A stretch of DNA of 64,000 nucleotides from a virus: positions 1-64,000 of the IMG/VR virus record IMGVR_UViG_3300037467_001931. One strand, written 5' to 3'. The notes under the pieces were generated by a model. It ran no database searches. It was given only the letters and a program-made list of their open reading frames with translations, and was not told where the DNA came from. The position numbers and the translations under genes are program-made. Every line of letters begins with the position of its first letter. Position 1 is the stretch's first letter. Positions 25,573 to 34,784 of the stretch are shown piece after piece.

Positions 25573-25979
25573 ATCATGTTTTATATAATTGGACTCCAGA
25601 ATCTATGGTTGAGGTTTATTTAGATCAACCAGAAGATTTTTTGAAAGTGAAGGAAACCTTAACAAGAATAGGAATTGCATCAAGGAAGGAGAACAAACTT
25701 TATCAAAGTTGCTTTATTCTTCACAAGCAGTCAAAGTATTTTATAGTTCATTTCAAGGAATTATTTATACTTGATGGGAAATACTCTGATATTTCCCTAG
25801 ATGATGTTGAACGTAGAAACACAATCGCTGCACTTTTACATGATTGGGGATTGGTTACTATTATTAATCTTACAAAAGTGGAAAAGAAAGCTCCAATGAC
25901 AAACATTAAGATTGTTCCTTATAGGGAACGTGATGATTGGACATTTGTTGCTAAGTATACCATAGGTAATAAGAATTAA
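25569..25979 (+). CDS. regA: translational repressor RegA
   Basis: PEDFLKVKETLTRIGIA, YQSCFILHKQSKYFIVHFKELF, LLHDWGL and KYTIGN are near-identical in order to T4 RegA. Confidence 0.96.
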   Translation: MNHVLYNWTPESMVEVYLDQPEDFLKVKETLTRIGIASRKENKLYQSCFILHKQSKYFIVHFKELFILDGKYSDISLDDVERRNTIAALLHDWGLVTIINLTKVEKKAPMTNIKIVPYRERDDWTFVAKYTIGNKN

Positions 25980-26035
25980 CGCTTAGGGACCGTTGATATT
26001 CCTTGGTAAGAATTAAAACTGCCAATTTAAAATAG

Positions 26036-26063
26036 TTTACTTTATATTAATTTTGAGGTATAA
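26036..26063 (+). promoter_or_regulatory. sigma70-like promoter TTTACT-N16-TATAAT
   Basis: TTTACT 26036-26041, TATAAT 26058-26063. ATG 26070 follows after exactly 6 nt. Confidence 0.55.
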
Positions 26064-26069
26064 TTTTAT

Positions 26070-26147
26070 TATGGTTGAGTTGTTCATAATTTCGGCGATG
26101 GTTCTTTCAGTCACTATTGTTCTGCTTGGAGTAAAAATATAATATGA
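26070..26147 (+). CDS. possible leaderless 25-aa leader ORF coupled to DNA ligase
   Basis: MVELFIISAMGSFSHYCSAWSKNII. Its stop overlaps the ligase ATG (ATGA at 26144-26147). Confidence 0.3.
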
Positions 26148-27472
26148 AAGGTATATATAGCATTGTTCAGGAACTCCGTTCCAACAATTCTAGGTTGTTC
26201 AAAGAATCTGTTCTCGAATCACAAAAAGAAAATGATGTTCTAAAGTGGACATTTAAATTGGCGTTAGATCCTCTGACTCAGTTTCATATTCGTAAAATTC
26301 CAGCATATACTCCATCTTCCCAACAAGATTTACCATGGGCTTTTTATCAGCTCGGTAAACTCTCACGCAGGGAATTGACCGGCCATGCTGGAATAGCTCA
26401 TCTGAAACAAGTTTTATCTTCCCTTTATGAAGATGACGCAAAGATTATCGAATTGATAATTGCCAAGGATTTGGACTGCGGCGTATCCGTTGAAACTGTG
26501 AATAAAACATGGCCAGGATTAATTTCTAAATTTCCTTATATGCGTTGTTCTCAGTTCAAGGATATTAAGAAAGCTAAGATTAATTGGAAGTCTGGTATTT
26601 ATTCACAGATCAAGTCTGATGGAATGTATGCTTCTATTTCAGTAAGAAATGACGGCGTTGAAATTTCCACTCGTGGTGGTAGACTTTTTGATTCTGATCA
26701 ATTCTCAGGAATTGTTAATGAAATAAAGGATAGAGTTGGATTTCAGTATCATGGCGAACTCTTAGTTGAGGAAGATGGCGTAATTCTAGAGCGCAAAACT
26801 GGGAATGGCGTTCTAACTTCTGTTCTGAAAGGTGGAAGCTTCGGGTTAAATCAACAACCAGTTTTTGTTTGTTGGGATGTGATTCCATTGGAAAAAGCAG
26901 TTCCAGGTGGTGAATACGCAGAATCTTATTCAATTAGATTCAGAAATGTTGGTGTGGCATTTTCTGGTTGCGAACATATTAAGGTTGCTGAAAATCGCAT
27001 GGTGTATTCATTAGAAGAAGCAATGGATCACTACGAAGAATTACTTAGCCAGGGTCATGAAGGATCGATTATTAAATGCCCAGATGCTATTTGGGAGCAT
27101 GGAACTTCTAAAAAGCAATTCAAGGTTAAAGTTGATTTTAATGTTGATCTTAAGGTAATTTCGGTAAAACCTGGTAATGGTAAGAACGCAGCAACCTTTG
27201 GTTCGTTACGTTGCGCTTCTGGAGACGATCTTTTAGAAGTTAGTGTTTCTGGAATGAGTGATAAACTTCGTAAGGAAATTCATGAACTTGGTGATAAAAT
27301 AATTGATAAAATTGTTGAGGTAAAATCCAATTGTATTATGAAACCAAAAAAAGAAGGTGGGAAATATTCATTGTTCCTTCCACGGTTCGTTGAAATTCGT
27401 GATGACAAAGAAGTAGCTGATACATTACCACAAATATTTGATCAATTTGAATCTATAGTTAAAGATAAATGA
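26144..27472 (+). CDS. gp30: ATP-dependent DNA ligase (T4 gp30-like)
   Basis: Motif I QIKSDGMYA. LTGHAG..., DLDCGVSVETVNKTWPGLI and the C-terminal FLPRFVEIRDDK are colinear with T4 ligase (LTGNAA, DLECGASVSIANKVWPGLI, FLPIAIRLREDK). Confidence 0.9.
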   Translation: MKGIYSIVQELRSNNSRLFKESVLESQKENDVLKWTFKLALDPLTQFHIRKIPAYTPSSQQDLPWAFYQLGKLSRRELTGHAGIAHLKQVLSSLYEDDAKIIELIIAKDLDCGVSVETVNKTWPGLISKFPYMRCSQFKDIKKAKINWKSGIYSQIKSDGMYASISVRNDGVEISTRGGRLFDSDQFSGIVNEIKDRVGFQYHGELLVEEDGVILERKTGNGVLTSVLKGGSFGLNQQPVFVCWDVIPLEKAVPGGEYAESYSIRFRNVGVAFSGCEHIKVAENRMVYSLEEAMDHYEELLSQGHEGSIIKCPDAIWEHGTSKKQFKVKVDFNVDLKVISVKPGNGKNAATFGSLRCASGDDLLEVSVSGMSDKLRKEIHELGDKIIDKIVEVKSNCIMKPKKEGGKYSLFLPRFVEIRDDKEVADTLPQIFDQFESIVKDK

Positions 27473-27621
27473 TGTCAACAACTTTCAATACATGGTGGGA
27501 TAGTTTTGTTTGGATGTCTTTCATGTATGGAATATTTGTATTTGGTGTATTTTTCATAGCTATACCTACATTTGTTATAATTACTTCAACAATAGAATAC
27601 TTCCTTAAAATTAAAAGATAA
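27472..27621 (+). CDS. small membrane protein (49 aa)
   Basis: ATG overlaps the ligase stop. WMSFMYGIFVFGVFFIAIPTFVIITS is hydrophobic. Confidence 0.4.
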   Translation: MSTTFNTWWDSFVWMSFMYGIFVFGVFFIAIPTFVIITSTIEYFLKIKR

Positions 27622-27627
27622 ATTAAT

Positions 27628-27891
27628 ATGGCTTACTCAAATGATTTGAATATTCAGAAATGTATTTACGATCCAAGTAATAAAAAACATAGAGAAGAAT
27701 ATTTTAAAATGGCTGATTCAGAAAGATATTCTGGATTAAATTCTTGGAGGCTTGAACCAGGATATTCCAGTGTGTTTGATATGATGCAAGAAAAAACTAT
27801 TCAATATTATCTATATAAAGAGTTCGGAAAAAAGTCTCAAAGAAAAAATGTAATATATGATGCGCCTTTTGGTTTAGAAAGAATAGGATAA
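27628..27891 (+). CDS. hypothetical protein
   Basis: 87-aa ORF, co-directional. Confidence 0.5.
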   Translation: MAYSNDLNIQKCIYDPSNKKHREEYFKMADSERYSGLNSWRLEPGYSSVFDMMQEKTIQYYLYKEFGKKSQRKNVIYDAPFGLERIG

Positions 27892-27897
27892 GAATAA

Positions 27898-28026
27898 ATG
27901 AAAACGAAATTATATAGCTTTTTTGTTGTAACCACTTTCCCAATATTTTTTGCTGGGAATATTTTGTTGTTAGTTGTTGCATCAATTGTTGATTTTTTCC
28001 AAAGAATCTATCAGAGCCTAAAATAA
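27898..28026 (+). CDS. small membrane protein (42 aa)
   Basis: RBS AGGATAAGAATAA. MKTKLYSFFVVTTFPIFFAGNILLLVVASIVDFF... Confidence 0.4.
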   Translation: MKTKLYSFFVVTTFPIFFAGNILLLVVASIVDFFQRIYQSLK

Positions 28027-28069
28027 ATTATAGCGTCAGGAAATTCTATATTTTACCTGACGCTATAAT
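28021..28069 (+). promoter_or_regulatory. class-B-like element expanded into a 14-bp perfect inverted repeat
   Basis: AAATAA-ATTATAGCGTCAGG (28027-28040), 15-nt loop, CCTGACGCTATAAT (28056-69). It may act as a hairpin/terminator and/or a promoter. Confidence 0.5.
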
Positions 28070-28077
28070 CTTTCTCT

Positions 28078-28113
28078 AAAATATTATACTTAGTTGTTTC
28101 GTTAGAGTATAAT
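28078..28113 (+). promoter_or_regulatory. class-B promoter upstream of DNA polymerase
   Basis: ATTATAC 28083-28089, N17, GTATAAT 28107-28113. Confidence 0.6.
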
Positions 28114-28142
28114 ATATCTAATTTTAACACCAAAGGATTCAA

Positions 28143-30629
28143 ATGAAGTTTTATTCATCCATTGTTCAGTGGGGAAATAGCATACTTGTTCGCGGATATG
28201 AAAAAAATGGCCCGTTCAAGAAGAAAGAAGAATTCAACCCAACGATGTATGTTTCATCAAAGAAAGGCAATTCCAAGTTTAAATTATTTAATGGTGGTAT
28301 GGTTGATGAAATATCACCAGGATCCATTAAAGAAACAAAAGAATTTATTGAACGATATGATGAAGTTGAAGGATTCGCTGTTCATGGGCAAACAAATTTT
28401 TCATATCAATATATCTCTGAGAATTTTCCAGGAGAAATTCAGTATGATTCAACATTAATTAGAGTTCATTTTTTAGATATTGAAACTGAAAATGAACATG
28501 GGTGGCCTAATCTTGCTGACGCTAATGAAAAAATAAATCTAATAACAATATATGATTCGATAAAAAAGCATCCAGTGACATTTGGTTGGGGTGAATTTAC
28601 TCCAAAGAATAATGAAATTTATTTCAAATTTTCCAGTGAATTTGAAATGCTCAGTAAATATGTTGAGTGGCATTCTCAAGATTATCCAGATGTTATGACA
28701 GGATGGTTTTCTAATGGATTTGATATTCCTTATATATGTAGGAGAATAGAAAAGATCTGTGGAGTGCATACTCTAAATAGACTTTCTCCATGGAGTTATG
28801 TTAGAAATGATGAAAAAATGTTTCAGGGTGAAAAAGAATATACCTCAATGATATTAGGTATTGCTCTTATTGATTACCTTGATCTTTATAAAAAGTTTAT
28901 TCTAAAACCTAGAGAAAATTACAAATTAGATTATATCGCTGAGGTAGAACTTGGTGAGAAGAAAGTCGATTATTCCGAATATAATTCATTTAAAGAATTC
29001 TATGAAAACAATTTTCAAAAGTTCACAGAATATAATATTCATGATACAGTTCTTGTCTATAAATTAGAACAAAAATTAAAACTTCTCGACATTCTATTCA
29101 CTGTTGCTTATTACGCAAAGATTAACTATGAAGATGTGTTTTCCCCTGTTAAAACTTGGGATACAATCATTTATAATTATCTCAGGGAAAGAAATGTTGT
29201 AATTCCTAAACAAAAATTTCATAGGAAAGAAGAATACCCTGGAGGATTTGTAAAGGAACCAATCAAGGGGATGCATAAATGGGTTGTTTCTTTTGACTTG
29301 CAATCTCTATATCCACACCTGATTATGCAATATGGAATTTCCCCAGAGAATTTTGTTGGGCTGCGTATGGATGTTGTTATGGAAGATTTGGTAAATAAGA
29401 AAACTGATCTTTCAGAATTATTGGAAAATGATTATTGTATGACTGCAAATGGTTGGCTTTATCGAAGAGAAGAAGCCATGCTACCAAATCTGATGCAAGA
29501 AATGTATAACCTCAGAGCAAAAGCAAAAAAAGAAATGATTGAGGTAAAAAAACAATATGAGGATTCACCAAGTAATGCGTTAAAGAATAAAATATCCAGT
29601 CTTGACAATCTTCAACATGCTGCTAAAATTCTACTGAACAGCTGCTACGGAGCTGTTGGTAACGAATTTTTCAGATATTATGATAGTCGAATGGCAGAAG
29701 GTATAACGTTATCTGGACAGCTTTCTATCATGTGGATGGAGAGAAAGTTTAATGCTTATTTAAATAAAGTTCTTAAAACAACCAATGTTGATTATGTCAT
29801 TGCAATTGATACAGATTCTTGTTATTTAAATCTAGAACCATTAGTAAATGAATATTGTGATGAAGGTGATTCGATTATTTCTAAAATCGATTTCATGGAT
29901 AAGATATGTAAGGAAGCCATTCAACCATTCATAAATAAATGCTTTGAGGAGTTGGCAAAATACATGAACGCTTATCAACAAAAGATGTTCATGAAAAGAG
30001 AATCACTTGCAGACACAGGAATTTGGGTTGCGAAAAAGAAATATGTGCTTAATGTTTATGACAATGAAGGCGTTCGATACAAAGAACCGGAAGTAAAGGT
30101 CACTGGATTACAGATGATTCAATCATCAACTCCACAGGTTATTAAGAAAAACCTGAAAGATTCCCTTGATATAATTATTTCTGGCGATCAAGAAAAACTT
30201 CAAGAATATGTATTAAAACTTGAAGGTGCATTTAGGAATTATAAAGTTGAGGAAATTTCAAAACCATCTGGTGTTAATGGTTTAAAGAAATATGATGATT
30301 CAAAAACTATTTATACCAAAGGAACTCCTATACATGTTAGAGGGAGTTTGCTATATAATCATTTGGTGAAGGAACTAAATTTAACTAATAGATATCAATT
30401 TATCAAGGACAACGATAAAATAAAGTTTGTCTATTTGATGATGCCTAATCATATAAAAGAAGACGTTATTGCGTTTCCATCTGAACTTCCTGTAGAATTT
30501 GAATTACATAAATATGTAGATTATGAAACACAATTTCAAAAGATTTATATTTCTCCTCTTGAGGCAATTTTAGATGTTATTGGTTGGTCAGCATATAAAT
30601 CAAATTCGATGGGAGATCTTTTTGGGTAA
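28143..30629 (+). CDS. gp43: DNA polymerase gp43 (family B)
   Basis: Exo I FLDIETE; pol motifs FDLQSLYPH, KILLNSCYG and IAIDTDS. 828 aa. Confidence 0.97.
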   Translation: MKFYSSIVQWGNSILVRGYEKNGPFKKKEEFNPTMYVSSKKGNSKFKLFNGGMVDEISPGSIKETKEFIERYDEVEGFAVHGQTNFSYQYISENFPGEIQYDSTLIRVHFLDIETENEHGWPNLADANEKINLITIYDSIKKHPVTFGWGEFTPKNNEIYFKFSSEFEMLSKYVEWHSQDYPDVMTGWFSNGFDIPYICRRIEKICGVHTLNRLSPWSYVRNDEKMFQGEKEYTSMILGIALIDYLDLYKKFILKPRENYKLDYIAEVELGEKKVDYSEYNSFKEFYENNFQKFTEYNIHDTVLVYKLEQKLKLLDILFTVAYYAKINYEDVFSPVKTWDTIIYNYLRERNVVIPKQKFHRKEEYPGGFVKEPIKGMHKWVVSFDLQSLYPHLIMQYGISPENFVGLRMDVVMEDLVNKKTDLSELLENDYCMTANGWLYRREEAMLPNLMQEMYNLRAKAKKEMIEVKKQYEDSPSNALKNKISSLDNLQHAAKILLNSCYGAVGNEFFRYYDSRMAEGITLSGQLSIMWMERKFNAYLNKVLKTTNVDYVIAIDTDSCYLNLEPLVNEYCDEGDSIISKIDFMDKICKEAIQPFINKCFEELAKYMNAYQQKMFMKRESLADTGIWVAKKKYVLNVYDNEGVRYKEPEVKVTGLQMIQSSTPQVIKKNLKDSLDIIISGDQEKLQEYVLKLEGAFRNYKVEEISKPSGVNGLKKYDDSKTIYTKGTPIHVRGSLLYNHLVKELNLTNRYQFIKDNDKIKFVYLMMPNHIKEDVIAFPSELPVEFELHKYVDYETQFQKIYISPLEAILDVIGWSAYKSNSMGDLFG

Positions 30630-30632
30630 AAT

Positions 30633-31169
30633 ATGAAACCTGTAGAATATAGACATGCAGTGAATCCAGACTTCTGTCAAGAGATCATTAATAATTTTGA
30701 TAAATGTGAAATAACATATAGAAAGAAAAAAGAATATTCTTTCAAAGAAATTTCCATGATCGAAAATGAACATATGAGTAAATTAATGGAAGGATTAGTT
30801 CGAAAAGCAGATTATTTTACAACTCTTTTCAAATCCCAAAATAATTTAAAAGTTTTTCCTGATAGATATGGTTATGAAGCAGTTAGAGTTAAGAGGTATG
30901 ATGCAGCAGATCAAGATGAGTTTCCTTGGCACGCCGATGTTATGGATTGGCAATCTGCAAAAAGATTTTTAGTTTGTATGTTTTATCTTAATGATAATTT
31001 TATTGGTGGTGAAACTGATTTTGGTTCAGAAGAAAAAATAAATTATATTATCACACCAGAACAAGGTAAAATTGTTTTATTCACCCCATTCTGGGATAAT
31101 CCCCACCGTGGAAGAAAGGTAATATCAGGTTCAAAATATATTGCAAATGTTTATTTACATCTATTGTAA
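30633..31169 (+). CDS. 2OG-Fe(II) oxygenase (prolyl 4-hydroxylase-like)
   Basis: HxD in FPWHADVMD, distal His in NPHRGRKV, and a Lys/Arg-x-Ser region GSKYIANVY. Confidence 0.68.
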   Translation: MKPVEYRHAVNPDFCQEIINNFDKCEITYRKKKEYSFKEISMIENEHMSKLMEGLVRKADYFTTLFKSQNNLKVFPDRYGYEAVRVKRYDAADQDEFPWHADVMDWQSAKRFLVCMFYLNDNFIGGETDFGSEEKINYIITPEQGKIVLFTPFWDNPHRGRKVISGSKYIANVYLHLL

Positions 31170-31184
31170 AAAGGAATAAAGTAA

Positions 31185-32318
31185 ATGAGTTTAATGGATA
31201 AGATTAGAAAGAATAGCACGATTAAAGAATCATCAATTTTAACAAAGTCAAAGTTTTTCACAACAAAGGATTTAATTCCAACACCAGTGCCAGCTTTAAA
31301 TATTGCTCTATCCGGATCCCTTAATGGAGGATTTAGTCCTGGATTAACAATGTGGGCTGGTCCTTCAAAGCATTTTAAGACTGCGTTTTCTCTACTAATG
31401 GCAAAGTCTTACATGGACAAATATCCAGATTCAGTATTGGTATTTTATGATTCTGAATTCGGAACACCTAAATCATACTTTGATTCTTTTCAAATTGATA
31501 TGGATAGAGTTCTCCATACACCATTAACAAACATTGAACAATTTAAGTTTGATTCTGTTGCTCAATTGGAAGGTGTTGAGCGTGGTGATAAGATAATTTT
31601 CGTTGTTGATTCTGTTGGTAATATGGCTTCTAAGAAAGAATTAGAAGATGCTATAGCAGAGAAGGGAACAACTGACATGTCTCGAGCTAAGCAAATTAAG
31701 AGTTGCTTCCGTATGATTACACCATACCTTAACATCAAGGATATTCCGATGATTGTGGTAAATCATATTTATATGACTCAAGAAATGTATAGCAAGCCAG
31801 TTGTGAGTGGAGGAACAGGTCCTTATTATAGTGCAGATAATATTTATATTATTGGTCGTCAACAAACAAAAGATGGTAATGATCTTGATGGATATAACTT
31901 TATTATCAATGTTGAAAAGTCAAGATATGTAAGAGAAAAATCAAAGATTCCTGTTACTGTGAAGTTTGATGGTGGAATTTCTAAGTTCTCTGGTTTACTT
32001 GAAATTGCCTTAGAATCAGGTCATGTTATTAAACCAAAGAATGGTTGGTATCAAAAGGTTGATCTTGAAACTGGAGAGGTTGATCCAAAATCATATAGAG
32101 AAAAGAATACTTCTACAAATGATTTCTGGAATTCTATTCTAAAATCAACATCATTCAATGAGTATGTTGAGAAGACATATAAAATTTCAAACGGAAATAT
32201 TATCAGCGAAGAAGATTCTGATCCTATCGTTGATGAAGAATTAAATGATAGTGATGATATTTCCCTCACAAATGACTATGAGTTTTCCACTGGTGATATG
32301 CTATTTAAGAGAGATTAA
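31185..32318 (+). CDS. uvsX: RecA-like recombinase UvsX
   Basis: Colinear with T4 UvsX throughout (PALNIALSG..., GPSKHFKT, FYDSEFG, VVDSVGNMASKKE, MSRAKQIKS, VKPKNGWY). Confidence 0.96.
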   Translation: MSLMDKIRKNSTIKESSILTKSKFFTTKDLIPTPVPALNIALSGSLNGGFSPGLTMWAGPSKHFKTAFSLLMAKSYMDKYPDSVLVFYDSEFGTPKSYFDSFQIDMDRVLHTPLTNIEQFKFDSVAQLEGVERGDKIIFVVDSVGNMASKKELEDAIAEKGTTDMSRAKQIKSCFRMITPYLNIKDIPMIVVNHIYMTQEMYSKPVVSGGTGPYYSADNIYIIGRQQTKDGNDLDGYNFIINVEKSRYVREKSKIPVTVKFDGGISKFSGLLEIALESGHVIKPKNGWYQKVDLETGEVDPKSYREKNTSTNDFWNSILKSTSFNEYVEKTYKISNGNIISEEDSDPIVDEELNDSDDISLTNDYEFSTGDMLFKRD

Positions 32319-32320
32319 TT

Positions 32321-32674
32321 ATGGATGATGAATTAGGACAAAATATCTTAAGACCTCATCGAAAATTAGAGAAAAATTCTGGTGGTCAACAGTTATATGC
32401 TTTTAATTTTAAAAATTCTGAATTTGATGATATAATATTCAGTTACGATAGAGTTGAGTTTATTGAAGATACGGCAAACGATAAGTTGATCACGAAATTC
32501 AATTATATTGTTCATGAACATAAACGAGAGTATGATAAAATTAAGTTTGAAAAAGAATTAGGTGATTTTCTGATTGAGTTGGTTGTTCAAGGAGCATTGG
32601 AAAATAATCTAATTTTCACGGGTGGAGTTGATGAGCAGGATAGAGCAAACGATAATTCATCATCTAATAACTGA
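32321..32674 (+). CDS. hypothetical acidic protein
   Basis: 117-aa ORF. Its 3' end overlaps the gp41 start. Confidence 0.5.
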   Translation: MDDELGQNILRPHRKLEKNSGGQQLYAFNFKNSEFDDIIFSYDRVEFIEDTANDKLITKFNYIVHEHKREYDKIKFEKELGDFLIELVVQGALENNLIFTGGVDEQDRANDNSSSNN

Positions 32675-34019
32675 TGAGCAATATGCAAGAAAAGTACTTC
32701 CATTTATTACAAAAGAATATTTCTCAGATACTAACGAAAATGTCTTAATTCAAGAAATTGTTAAATTTTTTGGGAAATATAATTCCTTACCTTCAAAAGA
32801 AGTTCTACTTATATGCACCGCTAAACGTGATGATCTTACGGAAGTAGAAAATAAAGAAGTTCAAAAATATATAAAGGAATTGGATTCTGAACGAGTTAAT
32901 GAAGATTGGCTTCTTGATGAAACTGAAAAATTCTGTAAGGATAGAGCAGTATATAATGCAATTCTTGATTCAATCAATATAATTGATGGGAAGGATAAAA
33001 AAAGAAGTAAAGATTCTATCCCATCAATTTTATCAGAAGCGTTGGCAATAAGTTTCGATACCAATATAGGACATGATTATTTGGAAAATGCAGAAGAACG
33101 TTGGGAATATTATCATGTTGATGGAGGGCATAGAATAGCATTTGGTCTTGAAATGCTAAATAAAATTACCAAAGGAGGAATGAAGAAAAAGACTTTAAAT
33201 TGTGTAATGGCTGGAACTGGTATTGGTAAAACCATTCTTATGTGTGATGAGGCTGGATATGCTCTTTCTCAGGGGCATAATGTTTTATATATCACACTAG
33301 AAATGGCCGCAGAAGATATTTCCCACAGAATAGATGCTAAGCTCATGAATATTACAATGGATGATGTGGAAGCCATTGATAAAAAAATGTTCATGGATAA
33401 AATAGGTAAGATTAAATCTAAAACTAATGGGAAATTAATTGTAAAGGAATATCCTACTGGTGTTCATGCTGGTCATTTCAGAGCACTCATTGAAGAATTA
33501 AAGCAAAAAAAGGATTTCATTCCTGATTTAATCATTATAGATTATTTGGGTATTTGTGGTTCCCAGAGGTTAAGAGGAAATAGCTCAGTTAACACAAATA
33601 CATATTATAGATCTGTTTCCGAGGAATTGCGTGATCTCGGTAAAGAATACGATGTTCCCATTTTTACCGGAGTTCAGCCAAACCGTGATGGACAAGATAA
33701 TTCTGATACTTCTATCACAAATATTGCAGAAGCAATTGGAATTACCAGCACTCTCGATTTTTTCATTGTTTTAATGGCACCTGAGGAATTGATAGAAATT
33801 GGTCAGGTGCTTGTTAAACAGTTGAAGAATAGATATAGAGATATTAATTATTACAAAAAGTTCGTAATAGGATTGGATAAATCTAGAATGACGTTTTATG
33901 ATGTAGATAATGAAGGTAAATATTTAGATGATTCTGGAACAAAGGAAGAGCCAAAAAGTTTACTGCTTGATATAAAGAATAATGGATCAAAGGTAAAGGT
34001 TGATTCTTTTACATTTTAA
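32631..34019 (+). CDS. gp41: replicative DNA helicase gp41 (DnaB-like)
   Basis: Colinear with T4 gp41 (LNKITKGG, Walker A AGTGIGKT, GHNVLYITLEMAAE, VKEYPTG, IIDYLGIC). ATG 32631 is preferred over GTG 32622. Confidence 0.95.
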   Translation: MSRIEQTIIHHLITDEQYARKVLPFITKEYFSDTNENVLIQEIVKFFGKYNSLPSKEVLLICTAKRDDLTEVENKEVQKYIKELDSERVNEDWLLDETEKFCKDRAVYNAILDSINIIDGKDKKRSKDSIPSILSEALAISFDTNIGHDYLENAEERWEYYHVDGGHRIAFGLEMLNKITKGGMKKKTLNCVMAGTGIGKTILMCDEAGYALSQGHNVLYITLEMAAEDISHRIDAKLMNITMDDVEAIDKKMFMDKIGKIKSKTNGKLIVKEYPTGVHAGHFRALIEELKQKKDFIPDLIIIDYLGICGSQRLRGNSSVNTNTYYRSVSEELRDLGKEYDVPIFTGVQPNRDGQDNSDTSITNIAEAIGITSTLDFFIVLMAPEELIEIGQVLVKQLKNRYRDINYYKKFVIGLDKSRMTFYDVDNEGKYLDDSGTKEEPKSLLLDIKNNGSKVKVDSFTF

Positions 34020-34027
34020 GGAAATGT

Positions 34028-34276
34028 ATGTTAAAAAGTATTGCGTTTGAGCAAATTATAAATAATCTCTTTTCTAGTATTGGTGATGTCCTTAAACAAA
34101 GATTAATCGAAGGGATAAAAGAGAAAGTTCAACCAGAAGTTGATAAGATTATTGAAGAAACTGCGGAAGGAATTTTAAATGACATTCGCGTAAAAATTAT
34201 TGGGTATAGTGATTTTGGAAGTGACAATTTTGTCACGAAATTGGTGATAAACGATAAAGAAAAGGAAATAAAATAA
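34028..34276 (+). CDS. hypothetical protein
   Basis: 82-aa ORF. Confidence 0.5.
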   Translation: MLKSIAFEQIINNLFSSIGDVLKQRLIEGIKEKVQPEVDKIIEETAEGILNDIRVKIIGYSDFGSDNFVTKLVINDKEKEIK

Positions 34277-34277
34277 A

Positions 34278-34748
34278 ATGGAATTCGTAGAAAAGGTAAA
34301 GTTGTTCAACGGTATCGCAGGGACTAAAGAAGAATTTAATGTAAAGATGATTTCTCTTTACACAGGATTAGTTCTTGAAGAAGTTGCAGAAATGCTAGAA
34401 GCTCTTCATATAGATGATCCTGAGGTCGAAGATCTAATTGAATCATTAAATGAATCTTCTCATAGTTTTAAAATAAATGATTTTGAAGCAACAATTGGTT
34501 GTTGTGTAGATAGAAAAGAATTCCTGGATGGTGCTGTTGACGTGGCAGTAGTTGCTTTGGGTGCAGGAGTTTCAATTGGTGCAGATGTTTTGGGTGCCTG
34601 CCATGAAGTTGCTGATTCTAATTTATCCAAATTCCCAATTGTAAATGGTGAACATGTTGTTCTTAAGGATGAAAATGGTAAGATTATGAAACCAGAATCA
34701 TTTCGCAGACCTGAGCTTGGGAAATTCTTGCATCAAATAGAACAATAA
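34278..34748 (+). CDS. mazG: MazG-like nucleoside triphosphate pyrophosphohydrolase
   Basis: All-alpha ORF with metal-binding helix LVLEEVAEMLEAL and LDGAVDVAVVALG...EVADSNLSKF, as in phage MazG proteins. Confidence 0.65.
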   Translation: MEFVEKVKLFNGIAGTKEEFNVKMISLYTGLVLEEVAEMLEALHIDDPEVEDLIESLNESSHSFKINDFEATIGCCVDRKEFLDGAVDVAVVALGAGVSIGADVLGACHEVADSNLSKFPIVNGEHVVLKDENGKIMKPESFRRPELGKFLHQIEQ

Positions 34749-34778
34749 ATATACATATCATTTTAATACAGGTATAAT
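34744..34778 (+). promoter_or_regulatory. class-B-variant promoter; ATG follows the -10 by 6 nt
   Basis: AATAA-ATATAC (34749-54)-N17-GTATAAT (34772-78), then TATTTC, then ATG 34785. Confidence 0.5.
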
Positions 34779-34784
34779 TATTTC

